IMG/VR virus record: IMGVR_UViG_3300035670_012130
Location: 32,001 to 96,000 of that record
Length of the DNA: 64,000 nt
Strand: one strand, 5' to 3'
Origin: a virus
Shown here: piece after piece, positions 18,330 through 29,345 of the stretch
Layout of the letters: each line of letters starts with the position of its first letter
How positions within the stretch are numbered: the first letter of the stretch is position 1
Made by a program: the position numbers and the translations under genes
Notes under the pieces: generated by a model
Seen by the model: only the letters and a program-made list of their open reading frames with translations
The model's database searches: none
Told to the model about the DNA's origin: nothing

Positions 18330-20780
18330 CTATGGCGTAGTTTCAATAGTTATAAGATCATAAATATCCCATAAAATTGGACCGTTATTAATTCTTGTTA
18401 AGTTTGTACCTGGAGTGACATAAGCATCAATGACTCTATCAAATAACTGTAAATCATTTCCTAAGGCGAATCTTTGATTTCTAGAAGTTCCTTTTGGCAC
18501 TGTAGTCGTTAATGTTGTAGGTTCTCCATTTTCACCATTTTGTGCGATTACAGTTACTACCAAATCATTCTTTATAGTTTGATCGTCAGTTGTGGCAATT
18601 CCAGTGGTTGATCCGTTAAAAACTACATTAGAAGTAGATAAATCTTCAACATAAGGGACATATGCTGAAATTCTACTAGGCTGTAAAGCTATTCTGTTGG
18701 TTAACTTTATTCCACGTCTTAATATTTCGCCTGATATATTGCCATCATCAAGATAACCTCTAAATTTATAAAAAGCGGTTCCACCTGTTCCAGTCCAAGA
18801 TGTTCCATTATTGATGGATGTTAATCCTTGACCAGAACTGCCTGAAATTATTCTGGTATATAAACTTGTGGACCCAAGACCTGTAGTGAAATCTGATGGC
18901 TTGTCTATTACTAGCCAGTAGGATGAACCTTGTTCTAAGTTAGCTCCTGTTCTAAATTTTATAGTATATTCGTTAGTGCCTTGTTGTATATCAGAATTTC
19001 TTATAACTGATGCGCTAGTGAGCATTCCATTAGGAGTTGGTGTTGAGCCTGTTGCTGAAAATATTGATATAGATATGCCTGTTGTACCTGAGCCTGTTGT
19101 TTGACCTCCAGCAGTATACTTAAATTTAAGTGTTACTCCTCCGATGAAACAATCTTCATTAGGTGTAATTTTAAAAGCTGTAAGTCCATTATTTAATATC
19201 AAATCAGTATCATCTGTAACTGTTGTCATCGTGTTGTAAGATGGATATTGTATTTCGTTTATATTAGTTAATTTTCTTTCAATTATATCACTACTTAGTT
19301 GCGGTTTTTTGTAAACATTATAAAAAAGTGGATTTGTAATTCCTGCGCCAGTCCAAGTTAACTCTACAAGATAATTGTTTGATGTAAAATTAGATGATAC
19401 TAAATTACTGTAAACTGGTATACTTTCTACATACTCATCTGTAGATATATTGTAAACTATTGTCACTCCATAAATTTGAGTGCCCGATGAAAGCGAAGAT
19501 ATATAGTTAGAACAAGGTATGACTTGATTCGTTAATCCTGTGGCAGCTACTGAATTATCACTTCCTATAGCTGCATTGTAAGTTATCAAGTCTCCTCTAA
19601 AAATTGCAAATGTATGTTGAGTATCAGAACCTATTGTTTGATAGTAAGCTTTTGCGAAATTATATGGTAGCTCAAATCTTTCAAGTCCACTAAATGATGT
19701 GCCTTTAGAATAAAATTCAGTTTTTCTGAAAGGTTGTGTTGCTAAAAGCTCTCTATTTGTCAATCCTGAATTTGAAGATTCCGTGCTCAAGTATCTGTAA
19801 ACTGCAGAAACAGTATTTCTTATGTAATCATTTGATTTATATGTTGATAATGCGTCATTTGCTTCATTACAACTTTGAATTATCAAGCTTTTATCAGAAG
19901 AATCTCCTAGTATTTGATACGTTGATATATCAGTTGGCATATCTACAATCGTTCTGGTCAATCCCGTACCAGAATCTACTACTACTGGGTCTTCAGGGTT
20001 TTTAACCATTACTTTACTGATTGGCAACCAGCTTTGTGGTAATGGAGGAAAATAATCAAATGTATTGACATTTTCTGAACTTTCTAAAACTGGAAAACCA
20101 GTTATATATTTTACTCTTGGTTGAAAAAGAAATGTTACTGGATTGTCTAGATAGTATGTAGCTGGTAATGTTCCAAAAGAAGATCCATTGTAATATGATG
20201 GATCTACCACTAAACCTGTGAGATCATCAGTAACATTTGAAAAAGTAATTAAGTAATTTCCTACAAAAGCTTGTAGAGGAAATCCAAGATTTACAGCAAT
20301 TGATGCATCTTTTACTAGCAATATTGAAGTTCCAGCTAAGCAAGTGTCGCTAACTGTAGTTGCCCAAGTTTGAGTAGCTTTTTGTGCTTCTGAAATAGGC
20401 AATCCTAAAGTAACGCCATATTTATAACTTGCTCCAAAGCCTCCAGTAGAATAGTTTTTTGACCATTCTTTCCTTAGGGGTATTTTTTGTGGCTGTAAAC
20501 TAATTACTGATCCATTGTAAGCTAATTGTCCACTTCTTACAGTTACATAATAAGGGTCATATGTTATATCATAAGTTGTTTCGCAGCCTAATGGAGCTGT
20601 TTCTAAGATTCCAAAATATGGCAATCCTGTATTAGCCATAGATAGCAAGTTATTAATTTCAAAAATAGAAGAGCCAGGAGTTTCCACGTCTCCAATGCCA
20701 TAACTTAAAGCATCGTAAATATTGCCCACTGTTTTTGTTAATTCAAGAACTATTTCTTCTACTTTTGATGAAATTGCCAT
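18330..20780 (-). CDS. Virion structural protein with a beta-sandwich (choice-of-anchor-R-like) domain
   Basis: AFKITPNE...VTLK...YWLVI motif; Ser/Thr/Gly-rich. Confidence 0.55.
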   Translation of the reverse strand: MAISSKVEEIVLELTKTVGNIYDALSYGIGDVETPGSSIFEINNLLSMANTGLPYFGILETAPLGCETTYDITYDPYYVTVRSGQLAYNGSVISLQPQKIPLRKEWSKNYSTGGFGASYKYGVTLGLPISEAQKATQTWATTVSDTCLAGTSILLVKDASIAVNLGFPLQAFVGNYLITFSNVTDDLTGLVVDPSYYNGSSFGTLPATYYLDNPVTFLFQPRVKYITGFPVLESSENVNTFDYFPPLPQSWLPISKVMVKNPEDPVVVDSGTGLTRTIVDMPTDISTYQILGDSSDKSLIIQSCNEANDALSTYKSNDYIRNTVSAVYRYLSTESSNSGLTNRELLATQPFRKTEFYSKGTSFSGLERFELPYNFAKAYYQTIGSDTQHTFAIFRGDLITYNAAIGSDNSVAATGLTNQVIPCSNYISSLSSGTQIYGVTIVYNISTDEYVESIPVYSNLVSSNFTSNNYLVELTWTGAGITNPLFYNVYKKPQLSSDIIERKLTNINEIQYPSYNTMTTVTDDTDLILNNGLTAFKITPNEDCFIGGVTLKFKYTAGGQTTGSGTTGISISIFSATGSTPTPNGMLTSASVIRNSDIQQGTNEYTIKFRTGANLEQGSSYWLVIDKPSDFTTGLGSTSLYTRIISGSSGQGLTSINNGTSWTGTGGTAFYKFRGYLDDGNISGEILRRGIKLTNRIALQPSRISAYVPYVEDLSTSNVVFNGSTTGIATTDDQTIKNDLVVTVIAQNGENGEPTTLTTTVPKGTSRNQRFALGNDLQLFDRVIDAYVTPGTNLTRINNGPILWDIYDLITIETTP

Positions 20781-20781
20781 T

Positions 20782-21636
20782 TTATATATTTATACTCAAC
20801 TCTGTTGTTAGATAAGATAAAAGTCTGGTTGGTAATAAAATGCCCGTGCTTTGCCAATATGATGTAAAATCAGGCTCCCAAGTTGAACTACCAACCCAAT
20901 TTGAAATAATATCTTTGGTTAAATTTTTCTGTGTATTATATTGTTCTGAAATTAATGCATAATTTCTTATGATTGATGAAACTACTATTCTTGAAATATT
21001 CTCTTCTGTGTAGCCAAAATAACCTCTTGGCAATCTTTCGTCTATCAATTTGAAAAACACTCTTGAGTTTTTAATTGTCTGATCATAGTAAGAAACATCT
21101 GCAATAAATTTATATAATTCTAAATCATAAGTTTTATCTGTTGTGAAAGATAATTCTTGTGAAGTTCTAATAATTTCCTCAGCAGTATCGATATCTATGT
21201 CCTTACTGATAATCAAAGGGCTGCCATTTGGGTCATTTATGGGTCTAGCTAATGAAAAGATTAGTTCTTCTCCATCAACACTGTCCGAGGATAAAAATAC
21301 TTTTCCAAATATGTATCCATCAGACATTGTGTCAATATTTCCCAATACTTCTTGGACTGTATATCCTTGTTCATTTCCGGTGGGAAGCTCAACATTAGTA
21401 GTTGATAAAACTGTTTTAACTAATCCTTTCCCAAAACTCAAAACATCAAGAACCATATTGTAATTTTGAGATTTTATTGCTGATAGTCCGTAAAGCAATT
21501 GCAAATTACGTTCTACAGTATTATATGACAAAGCATATTCTTGTGAAGCTAATGCCATATCAACTGTTTTTTCTGTTTGATCAAGAGCAAGCACTAAATT
21601 ATTCATTGTGACTGCTGACGCATAATTCATTGCCAT
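20782..21636 (-). CDS. Hypothetical protein (structural module)
   Basis: 284-aa ORF coupled to both neighbours. Confidence 0.6.
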   Translation of the reverse strand: MAMNYASAVTMNNLVLALDQTEKTVDMALASQEYALSYNTVERNLQLLYGLSAIKSQNYNMVLDVLSFGKGLVKTVLSTTNVELPTGNEQGYTVQEVLGNIDTMSDGYIFGKVFLSSDSVDGEELIFSLARPINDPNGSPLIISKDIDIDTAEEIIRTSQELSFTTDKTYDLELYKFIADVSYYDQTIKNSRVFFKLIDERLPRGYFGYTEENISRIVVSSIIRNYALISEQYNTQKNLTKDIISNWVGSSTWEPDFTSYWQSTGILLPTRLLSYLTTELSINI

Positions 21637-24600
21637 TATTTGTTCCTAATCACAATCTTGTCAGTAATGGGGAAACCATAATATTGATCATTGATTTCTT
21701 CCAGAGATTTACCAACAACTAAGTATGTTATATTTTCAATTTTTTCACTATCAATAAGTATTGGGCTTACTGATACATCTTGATAGAAAGAATTATCAAC
21801 TTCTTGCCATGATGACGTACCAGTCTTTCTCCATTCTAATTTCAAATTGTGTAAATTTTGATAATTGTTAAATTGTAATTCTAATGTTATTGGCTGTGAA
21901 CTTCCTGTAGCAACGTAAGATGTTGTGAATGAAGTAGAAGAAGTATTATTCCAATCGCTTATGTATGGATTATCTTCATTATTTATATAAAATTTTACAC
22001 CACCATTTGTAGTCACTCTAAAGTCAAAAGTTGCGCCTAATGAGGAAAGGGCTGTAAAATCTCCGACTGAATACCCATTGAAATAATTTGTCTGTCCTAA
22101 TCCGCCAAAATTATCGAAATCAAGATTATGATGAGCTGATGTTAAATCACTCATTTCATTGCTGTCTAATTCGAGATAATTCCAGGAAGATTTCTTATAC
22201 CATTGAGTAATCCAAGTGGGCGATTTATCAAGCTTTATATAAGTAGTTTGAAGCTGATTGTCAACATTATATTTAAGATACAAGTGGATATCATTTGCTC
22301 TCTTGATAAATCTATTAGTGTTATCACCAAAGTAATGAGTATTAGCTGAACCTGACAAATTATTACTTAGATAAACTTTATATAAGCCATTTGTTGAATC
22401 ATATGTCAAATTAGTTATGGCTGTACCGCTTGATAAAACGCTTGAAGTAACTGCTATACCAACCATAACAGAAGGGTCAAAGTTTTCTTCTGGTATATAA
22501 AGTAAATTTGTTCCAGAAGTTCCAGTAGCTCCAACTGCAACCACTCTAGATACAAATGATCTAGGATAAATATAGAGTTGAGATGGAGTAAATAAATTTT
22601 GATTATTTACTGTCCAAAATTCATCTAAATAGTAATCAGTATCGTTTGATCTGGTTTTATTAGGTGCTGGCATAATAAGAGAAGAATAATTAAAATCTCT
22701 ATTGAATCCAGCATAAATTTCACTATCTAACCCGAAGAATTCTACAAATGGTGTGCCTGTAGAAGCAGTCCAAGAATATCCATCGTAAAAAGCCATATTG
22801 GATGCAGTTGGAGTGGAGGACTCTTGTATCTGCAATCTTAGGTCATATTTGATTACATAACTTTGATTATCACTTGTTCCAGCGCTTCCAGATAATGTCA
22901 TCACGGAAGAAGAACCTATAGAAGCAATCTCATACCAAGTAGAAATATCACCAGATAAAGTACTACCAAATCCTATAGAAGCATACTTTTGATATTTATT
23001 GAAATCAGCCATTGTATCTGTAGATGGATTGTAAAGTCCACTTACTGCTGTTCCACTTACACTAACTAATCCAAGTGTTTTAGCATCATAATTAGGTGGA
23101 TTTGTATTTGATTCAAACACAATCCAGTATGTTCTGTCTTTTGTAAGTGAATAGTTCACATAAAAATAAACATCATCTAGAACGTTCTTTATAGTTGTAT
23201 AGAAAACTTTAGAACCAGTAATGAGCTTTGCATTTGGAAGGCTATTGTAATTGTCCCAAATACTTATTTGAATATAAGCATCAGGATTATTGCAAATAGC
23301 TAAACTTTGTAATCTAATTTTTAAAGATTTTATATCTTGATATTCGTTTGGTGTAATTTTAAAAGCAAATTTATTGTAATTTAAACTCTTATAATTACCC
23401 TTAGTAGTTTGGTTTATATTTGTAGCATCAACTATTGATATTTGTTGTTTGTAGATGTTTTCAAGACTATTGATTGAAGAGTCTGAAGTTGAATATCCGG
23501 CAATTGAAACAACGAAAGAATCAGACCTTAAATCTAAAATATTTTGCGCTGTGAAAATTTTGTTATCTTTTTCAGCTCCAACTACTTCATCGTAATTAGA
23601 AATCCAATGTTTACTTCTGCTGTATGCATAATTAGAAACAGTCATACCCATTTCTTTGATAGTGGAGAATGTGTTTGGAAATTGACTAGAATCTGGAGTA
23701 TAGAAAGATTTAGTTAATTCATAATCACTAACACTGTCTTGAATTTCCGCTTCTGTGATATTAGGATTTGTTGATTTTAAGTTAGTTATAAAGTCTGATT
23801 TAGTTTGTTTTGTAGAATCTGTAGGCTGAACTTGCTTTGTTAATATTGCTCTGCTTTCGCCCATTTGCATATTAGGAATGATTGCAGCACTTCCATAAAG
23901 TCTGTATTCTTCCATTGAGTTGAAAGTACCAGGCGCATAATTATCTCTTTCTGTTTGTGTACCTTGCTTAAAATATCCAGAAGTTGTTAAATTTTTGTTT
24001 TGTCTGTTCAAATATTCGTCATCTGTAATTAAGAATTTTGAAGAATTTAACTTTATATTTTTAATTAATTTATCACTATTAGCATTTTGAAACACAATTG
24101 AAAAAGCATAATCTTTTGTCAATTTTGTTCCTGTTGTTTCTTGATCTAATAAATCTGGAATGTTTGACACTTCTTGGTAAAACTCAAATTCTGTATCACT
24201 TTCAAAATTGATGTCATTAAGTTTCATTCCATTTTCATCATATTTAAAAACGATTTTTGTTGGAGGAGTTGATAGCCAAGAAATCATTGCATTTGCGCCA
24301 GATTCTTCAACTTCAATATTGATAGGTTCAGTTTCTAATGGACTATTTTTAATACCATATGTTTGACTATCTACTGCAGCTTTATAATTTTCCTCAAGAG
24401 TCAAATAAGTATCTGTAATGATTGAAAGCACTTGACCATATAAAATTGTGCCATCAGAGCTATAAAGATAATCGCCCTCAGTTATTTCTTTTGTGAACTT
24501 AGAAGAACTACCAATTACAACATTATTACCTGAAGATATAGTAATTTTTCCAGAACCTTTTGTTGTTTGATAATTAGATTTTAATGCTGGAGCTATTGGA

Positions 24601-26339
24601 TATTTTAATAAATTATGTAGTAGCTTTGTTTTCTTGAAGCTATTGTTCTTGATATCTGCATAGCTACTTGTTCCATATGATTTGAAATTTGAGAATGGAG
24701 CAACTAAATCTGCACCTAATTTATCGTAAATATTTTTGTATTCATCGCTTCTGGTAAATGTAGTCATTGAAATAACATCTTGCAAGGTGTCATTGATCAA
24801 ATTACTATCACCTATTGGAGGAACAGCAAAATTATCCGCACTTCTTTTTATGTAAACAATAGATGCGCTGTTCAAATTGTATGTTGTATTTGATTTACTC
24901 TTTATTGTCCCAGAAGTTTTGAATGATGGATAAGAAAGAATCATCTTAGCAACAATGTCATAATCCTTGTCGATTGTTGGATAATTCTTGAAATCTTCCC
25001 AATCTACGGGAACAGATTCTTGAGGCATAGCTTTTCCAAAAAATAAATAAAAGTCTATGTCCCCGTTTTCATATTGATTCCCAGAAATAATGTTCTTAGT
25101 AGCTAATAAAACAGGCAGATACTCAAAAGAACTCAAAGACACATAGTTTGCTAAAGAATTTGTATCTCCGTATGCACTAAATGTTTCTGGATACAAATAT
25201 CTAAATGGCTCTACTGTTGTTATGTAATCACCATCATAATATTTCTGATTAGTCTTGCTTCTTGAAAAAAGATAAATATTAGTATCATTTACACCTGTTT
25301 TTTCAAATGCAATATAATTTTGAATATCTTTTTGTAAATAGGTCTTTCTTGGATAAATATTCCAATCAGATGACAAATTACTTGAGTTGAAAGTGATTGC
25401 AGTTCCAGAAGTATATGTTGGGTAAGATGTGAAGAAATTTGTATCGTGAGTATCCCAATAAAAGGCTAAATGATACCAATAATCTGCAGTCCAAGATGCT
25501 GGTGTTTTTACTTTAAATAAATAATGATCTTTGATTGTGTCTGTTGTTGAACCAGTAGAAGATACTTCAGATACATCATAAGCAAGGTAAGTAAGAGCTA
25601 ATCCTGCCATACTTCCTCCAAGTGAGAAAGTGGATCCTATACCTTGTGTTTTTAAGTAAATGTGAGAAGCAATACCAAGATCTTTTGGTGTGTTTGAAAG
25701 TGGATTTATAAATTGTGCGCCTTCAAAATAAGACTTTGGAATTAGGATATGCGCTTCGTTGTTTGATACTGTTCCTGTATTTTTGACAGAAATCCATCTT
25801 GAAGAATTAAATAAATTAACTCTTTGATATAAACTACCATCCCATCTTACAGGATAGTCGTAGTTTGTTCTTTCCGATCCATCCCCAGGCTCAGAATTGA
25901 TATTATAAATTATGTAAGATGTATTAGCATTACCAGCAGCATTGTAAGGAGGGACGAAATATTGCCAAGCATTGTAATCCCAAACGCCCCAACCTTCAGT
26001 CGATGGTGGGTTGTAATATTGAGGAGTCCAACCACCAGTATTGGCAAAACTGGCAACTTTTTGATCTACTATATATTGACCACCTTGAAAACCAAATGAA
26101 ATATTCTCTATAGCATCAAAAGTTTGATAAGGCTTGGTTGTTAATCCTTGCGGTGTTTTTCCAGCTAAATCATAATCGTGAAAAATTGTTGAGCCTCTAA
26201 ACTTGACAGCTATTCTTTCATAATCCAAATAATAACCGTGTTTCAGAGACAAATCACCAACCAAATCTTTGTAGGCATATTTAGCTTTGCCGATTTGATT
26301 GATGATAAATTCGAGACCTTTTTTGGATACGAGACTCAT
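21636..26339 (-). CDS. Large virion structural protein with a choice-of-anchor-R-like domain and C-terminal PA14-like domain
   Basis: FAFKITPNE...YWIVF; C-terminal FDFRVTTNGGVKFYIN...SDW...ITLELQF...LKLEW. Confidence 0.6.
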   Translation of the reverse strand: MSLVSKKGLEFIINQIGKAKYAYKDLVGDLSLKHGYYLDYERIAVKFRGSTIFHDYDLAGKTPQGLTTKPYQTFDAIENISFGFQGGQYIVDQKVASFANTGGWTPQYYNPPSTEGWGVWDYNAWQYFVPPYNAAGNANTSYIIYNINSEPGDGSERTNYDYPVRWDGSLYQRVNLFNSSRWISVKNTGTVSNNEAHILIPKSYFEGAQFINPLSNTPKDLGIASHIYLKTQGIGSTFSLGGSMAGLALTYLAYDVSEVSSTGSTTDTIKDHYLFKVKTPASWTADYWYHLAFYWDTHDTNFFTSYPTYTSGTAITFNSSNLSSDWNIYPRKTYLQKDIQNYIAFEKTGVNDTNIYLFSRSKTNQKYYDGDYITTVEPFRYLYPETFSAYGDTNSLANYVSLSSFEYLPVLLATKNIISGNQYENGDIDFYLFFGKAMPQESVPVDWEDFKNYPTIDKDYDIVAKMILSYPSFKTSGTIKSKSNTTYNLNSASIVYIKRSADNFAVPPIGDSNLINDTLQDVISMTTFTRSDEYKNIYDKLGADLVAPFSNFKSYGTSSYADIKNNSFKKTKLLHNLLKYPIAPALKSNYQTTKGSGKITISSGNNVVIGSSSKFTKEITEGDYLYSSDGTILYGQVLSIITDTYLTLEENYKAAVDSQTYGIKNSPLETEPINIEVEESGANAMISWLSTPPTKIVFKYDENGMKLNDINFESDTEFEFYQEVSNIPDLLDQETTGTKLTKDYAFSIVFQNANSDKLIKNIKLNSSKFLITDDEYLNRQNKNLTTSGYFKQGTQTERDNYAPGTFNSMEEYRLYGSAAIIPNMQMGESRAILTKQVQPTDSTKQTKSDFITNLKSTNPNITEAEIQDSVSDYELTKSFYTPDSSQFPNTFSTIKEMGMTVSNYAYSRSKHWISNYDEVVGAEKDNKIFTAQNILDLRSDSFVVSIAGYSTSDSSINSLENIYKQQISIVDATNINQTTKGNYKSLNYNKFAFKITPNEYQDIKSLKIRLQSLAICNNPDAYIQISIWDNYNSLPNAKLITGSKVFYTTIKNVLDDVYFYVNYSLTKDRTYWIVFESNTNPPNYDAKTLGLVSVSGTAVSGLYNPSTDTMADFNKYQKYASIGFGSTLSGDISTWYEIASIGSSSVMTLSGSAGTSDNQSYVIKYDLRLQIQESSTPTASNMAFYDGYSWTASTGTPFVEFFGLDSEIYAGFNRDFNYSSLIMPAPNKTRSNDTDYYLDEFWTVNNQNLFTPSQLYIYPRSFVSRVVAVGATGTSGTNLLYIPEENFDPSVMVGIAVTSSVLSSGTAITNLTYDSTNGLYKVYLSNNLSGSANTHYFGDNTNRFIKRANDIHLYLKYNVDNQLQTTYIKLDKSPTWITQWYKKSSWNYLELDSNEMSDLTSAHHNLDFDNFGGLGQTNYFNGYSVGDFTALSSLGATFDFRVTTNGGVKFYINNEDNPYISDWNNTSSTSFTTSYVATGSSQPITLELQFNNYQNLHNLKLEWRKTGTSSWQEVDNSFYQDVSVSPILIDSEKIENITYLVVGKSLEEINDQYYGFPITDKIVIRNK

Positions 26340-26341
26340 TT

Positions 26342-27118
26342 TTAATATGCAGTTGTTGGTACATTATCTGGACCAAAATAAATTTGTCTAACTAATTCTT
26401 TAGCACTAATTGTAATGGTGCCACTTCTGAAAAGTTGTTTTCCTGTAGCATCATCTGAAGATTTATTGTCATTGCAAAGTACATCGTAAAGCATTCTTAC
26501 GGGTTCTACATTATCTGCTTGCATTCTTAAAATGTTATTTTTTGCTTTAGTTGGTAAATTTGCAATAGTTGTGCCAGCTCCAACATCGTTATACATTCTG
26601 ATAAACGCTTCTGCTGCTTTACCTGAATCTGGTAAAGATGGGGCTGCCAAGTTTGCTGGATGAGTTTCTGACCAAAGGGTATTAAACTCATTTGTTACTG
26701 TTGATGCGTAAGAACTCAATATATCATTATGATCTACAGTAAAATGTGCTGGAGAAAGTGTAAACTTTTCGCAAATAGGGCAAATATCAACTACCCATAT
26801 TCTTCTATGCTTTCTCAATATTGATAAAATTATTCTTGTTGCTTCTTGCGTGACTCTCTCGGTAGTTTCTATATTATCAGCACCTACATTAATTTCTATA
26901 TTAACATTGTGTTCGAATTCTTGTAATCCAAAAGATATATCTTTGAGTGGAGAGCTTGCACCTTTAAAAACTATTGATATTGCATTAGGTCTTACAGCAG
27001 CTTCTCCAATAAAAAATCCAGTAACAGGTCTATCAAAAATTACTGCTTCACCTTTAGCATTTTTAGGCAACTCGTAGAATAAAATGCCTCTTAAGGTATC
27101 GTAAACTCGTTCAAGCAT
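26342..27118 (-). CDS. Putative neck/tail-terminator-like protein with CxxC insertion
   Basis: Directly after the adaptor gene; alpha/beta pattern ending FRSGTITISA; CPIC motif. Confidence 0.4.
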   Translation of the reverse strand: MLERVYDTLRGILFYELPKNAKGEAVIFDRPVTGFFIGEAAVRPNAISIVFKGASSPLKDISFGLQEFEHNVNIEINVGADNIETTERVTQEATRIILSILRKHRRIWVVDICPICEKFTLSPAHFTVDHNDILSSYASTVTNEFNTLWSETHPANLAAPSLPDSGKAAEAFIRMYNDVGAGTTIANLPTKAKNNILRMQADNVEPVRMLYDVLCNDNKSSDDATGKQLFRSGTITISAKELVRQIYFGPDNVPTTAY

Positions 27119-27127
27119 TTATTTCAC

Positions 27128-27622
27128 CTATTGACTTTGGCCTTTTGAACGCTTGCCTTCTGTTGGGTTATTTACCACTCCACGTAAGGTAGATCTAACA
27201 AATCTATCTCCACGAGTGTTTCTCTGACCGAATAATCTAATTTCACCATTTTGAATTCTTACAATTTCATTTTGAGCAAAATCAAATCTTACTTTTTGAG
27301 CTTCAGAATATTGTGGGTCTGCTCCTTGAAGTGCTTGCATGTAATACATTTGAGCAGCAAGAATAGCGCAAATTACAGGTACAGGGTGTGGATATGAAAC
27401 ATCACCACCAATATTTACTTGTTTCAAAGGAACATCATACATAGTGGCAAGATTAGCATCAATTTCAGCTGATGCTTGTTGAATGAAGAAGTCTAAGTTT
27501 ATATTTGAAGCTGATTCTGGAGTAGGATTTCTGAAGTTAGGAATAGGATTGTCACCCTCAGTTACAACGTTGGGCGGAAGATATTGCTTGACATCATTTG
27601 TTGTGCAGTAAGAACGTGGCAT
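27128..27622 (-). CDS. Head-tail adaptor, Mu gp36/DUF1320-like
   Basis: SYCTTNDV...IQQASAEIDANLA.MYDVPL...ICAILAA...I.NGEI.L motif. Confidence 0.75.
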   Translation of the reverse strand: MPRSYCTTNDVKQYLPPNVVTEGDNPIPNFRNPTPESASNINLDFFIQQASAEIDANLATMYDVPLKQVNIGGDVSYPHPVPVICAILAAQMYYMQALQGADPQYSEAQKVRFDFAQNEIVRIQNGEIRLFGQRNTRGDRFVRSTLRGVVNNPTEGKRSKGQSQ

Positions 27623-28302
27623 TATACTACTCCTGTGTTTGGCTTTAAATATTTTGGTGTATATTCGACACCTTGATCACCTTGTATCAATCCCATTTCT
27701 TGTGCGTCTTGTCTTCGAACTAGAGTAAAAACATTAGAATTATCAAGATCATTTGCTGAAGTTGCACCTGAGTTTACAAATCTTGGAAAGTCAATATCTA
27801 CATCTCTGTATCCACCTGATTTAGCATTGAAAATTTCAACACCATCAGGAGCAAATTTACTTCCTTGTAATCTGTTTAATGTTTGAGCTAATTTTGAGTT
27901 TACATTAGTTGCTAAAACAAAACCATTATTATCATGAACAAATCCACAAGCTTTATCAATGGATAAATTTCTAGGCACAGGTTTGGACAGATTATAGATA
28001 TACAACTCTTCTTTACCAGTACAAATATAAGTCTGACCAGAAGCAACAACAATATCCATTTGTTGCTCTTGAGCCATTTGTTTAGCCCTTAATCCGACAA
28101 CTGGAGTATCAGGTGAAAGAATTCCAACGATATCCAAACCGTTAATGATAGCTGATGTGAGAATTGATTTGATAGTAGAGTTTAAATAATCTTCGTTTGA
28201 AAAAGCTTCTTCTTTGTCAATAAAAACGCACAAATCTATCCTTAACACATTTTTTCTTAGAGCTGTGCATTCTTTTGCTATGTGATACCAAGAGCGTTCC
28301 AT
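27622..28302 (-). CDS. Degenerate PHP-fold protein
   Basis: LRIDL, A...GLDIVGI, VHDNNGFV and DGVEIFNA framework, with the metal-binding His residues absent. Confidence 0.6.
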   Translation of the reverse strand: MERSWYHIAKECTALRKNVLRIDLCVFIDKEEAFSNEDYLNSTIKSILTSAIINGLDIVGILSPDTPVVGLRAKQMAQEQQMDIVVASGQTYICTGKEELYIYNLSKPVPRNLSIDKACGFVHDNNGFVLATNVNSKLAQTLNRLQGSKFAPDGVEIFNAKSGGYRDVDIDFPRFVNSGATSANDLDNSNVFTLVRRQDAQEMGLIQGDQGVEYTPKYLKPNTGVV

Positions 28303-28336
28303 AATAAAGAAAATACTAGGTATCGAGCTTCTTTAC

Positions 28337-28873
28337 CTATCTTTTGTTTCCGCAGTCAGGGCAGAACTTTTCCAATCCAAGGAACTTGAAGCCACATTCA
28401 ATACAGAATTTTGCTAGTTGTGCTGTTCCACACTTGAGACAAAATTTAGCATCAAGTGGCAAAACATATAAGCATTCAGAATTAGAACATTCTTTGTGAT
28501 GCTTTTCAATTCTATTACGTTCAGTGGTGCCATCCATTTCATCAAGCTCAGAGATTAAGTTTGCAATATTAACTGCGTTGGGGGTAACTGATGGCTGATG
28601 TTGTACTTCCTCTTGCATTTCAGGTTCAGATGGCTTCAATATAGGTTGTTTTTCTGCCCATTTTTGAAATTCTGGGCTATCGAAAAGACTTTGCTTTGGT
28701 TCTGCGCTAACATCCCCAAATTCATTGATTTTTAGGTCAATTTCACGTTCAGTCATTTCCATCTCATCCCCAAGCACTGTATGTCCAAACTTATTGACTT
28801 TTGGCTTGGGGAGATCTTCACGATGGGGATTGGTGAAAGAATGTCGTAAAGCTTTGATCTGATCGTCGTCCAT
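28337..28873 (-). CDS. Protein with C-terminal double zinc ribbon (DZR)
   Basis: CSNSEC...KFCLKCG...KFCIECG...KFCPDCG. Confidence 0.8.
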   Translation of the reverse strand: MDDDQIKALRHSFTNPHREDLPKPKVNKFGHTVLGDEMEMTEREIDLKINEFGDVSAEPKQSLFDSPEFQKWAEKQPILKPSEPEMQEEVQHQPSVTPNAVNIANLISELDEMDGTTERNRIEKHHKECSNSECLYVLPLDAKFCLKCGTAQLAKFCIECGFKFLGLEKFCPDCGNKR

Positions 28874-28889
28874 AAACTAATTTTACAGT

Positions 28890-29345
28890 CTATTGCTTCT
28901 TTTTGTCATCTCTTCTTTCGTATTTGAAGCTAACAACCTCGAATGAATTTGATTCTGGTTCGTCTCCAGCAGCAAATTCTTTAGCGGTGTCTGAATGATT
29001 TTCAATTGCTTGTAAGATCTTGCTCATCAATTGTGTGTCTGGAATTGGTCCATTGTGCTTAGCCTTAATTTCCACCGCAAAGCTGTGTACTGTTCCATCA
29101 TCGCTTACTACATTTACGTTTGGACGTGGTTTTGCAAATGTTTCTATTTTTGGATGCATTCCGTTGTCGATGGTTGAATTCTCTGATTCCATAGGTGTAC
29201 TACTTCCCATATCAAAAACAGCATCGTTAATTTTTTCTCCCATCTCTGGGTTTATTTGTGCTACTTTAGTCCTAATGTCGTCCAAAACTCTTATCACTCT
29301 GTTCATTTCTTTCATCCTTCTAGCTTTCTCTTTTTTTACACCCAT
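28890..29345 (-). CDS. Hypothetical protein
   Basis: 151-aa ORF co-oriented with the module. Confidence 0.6.
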   Translation of the reverse strand: MGVKKEKARRMKEMNRVIRVLDDIRTKVAQINPEMGEKINDAVFDMGSSTPMESENSTIDNGMHPKIETFAKPRPNVNVVSDDGTVHSFAVEIKAKHNGPIPDTQLMSKILQAIENHSDTAKEFAAGDEPESNSFEVVSFKYERRDDKKKQ

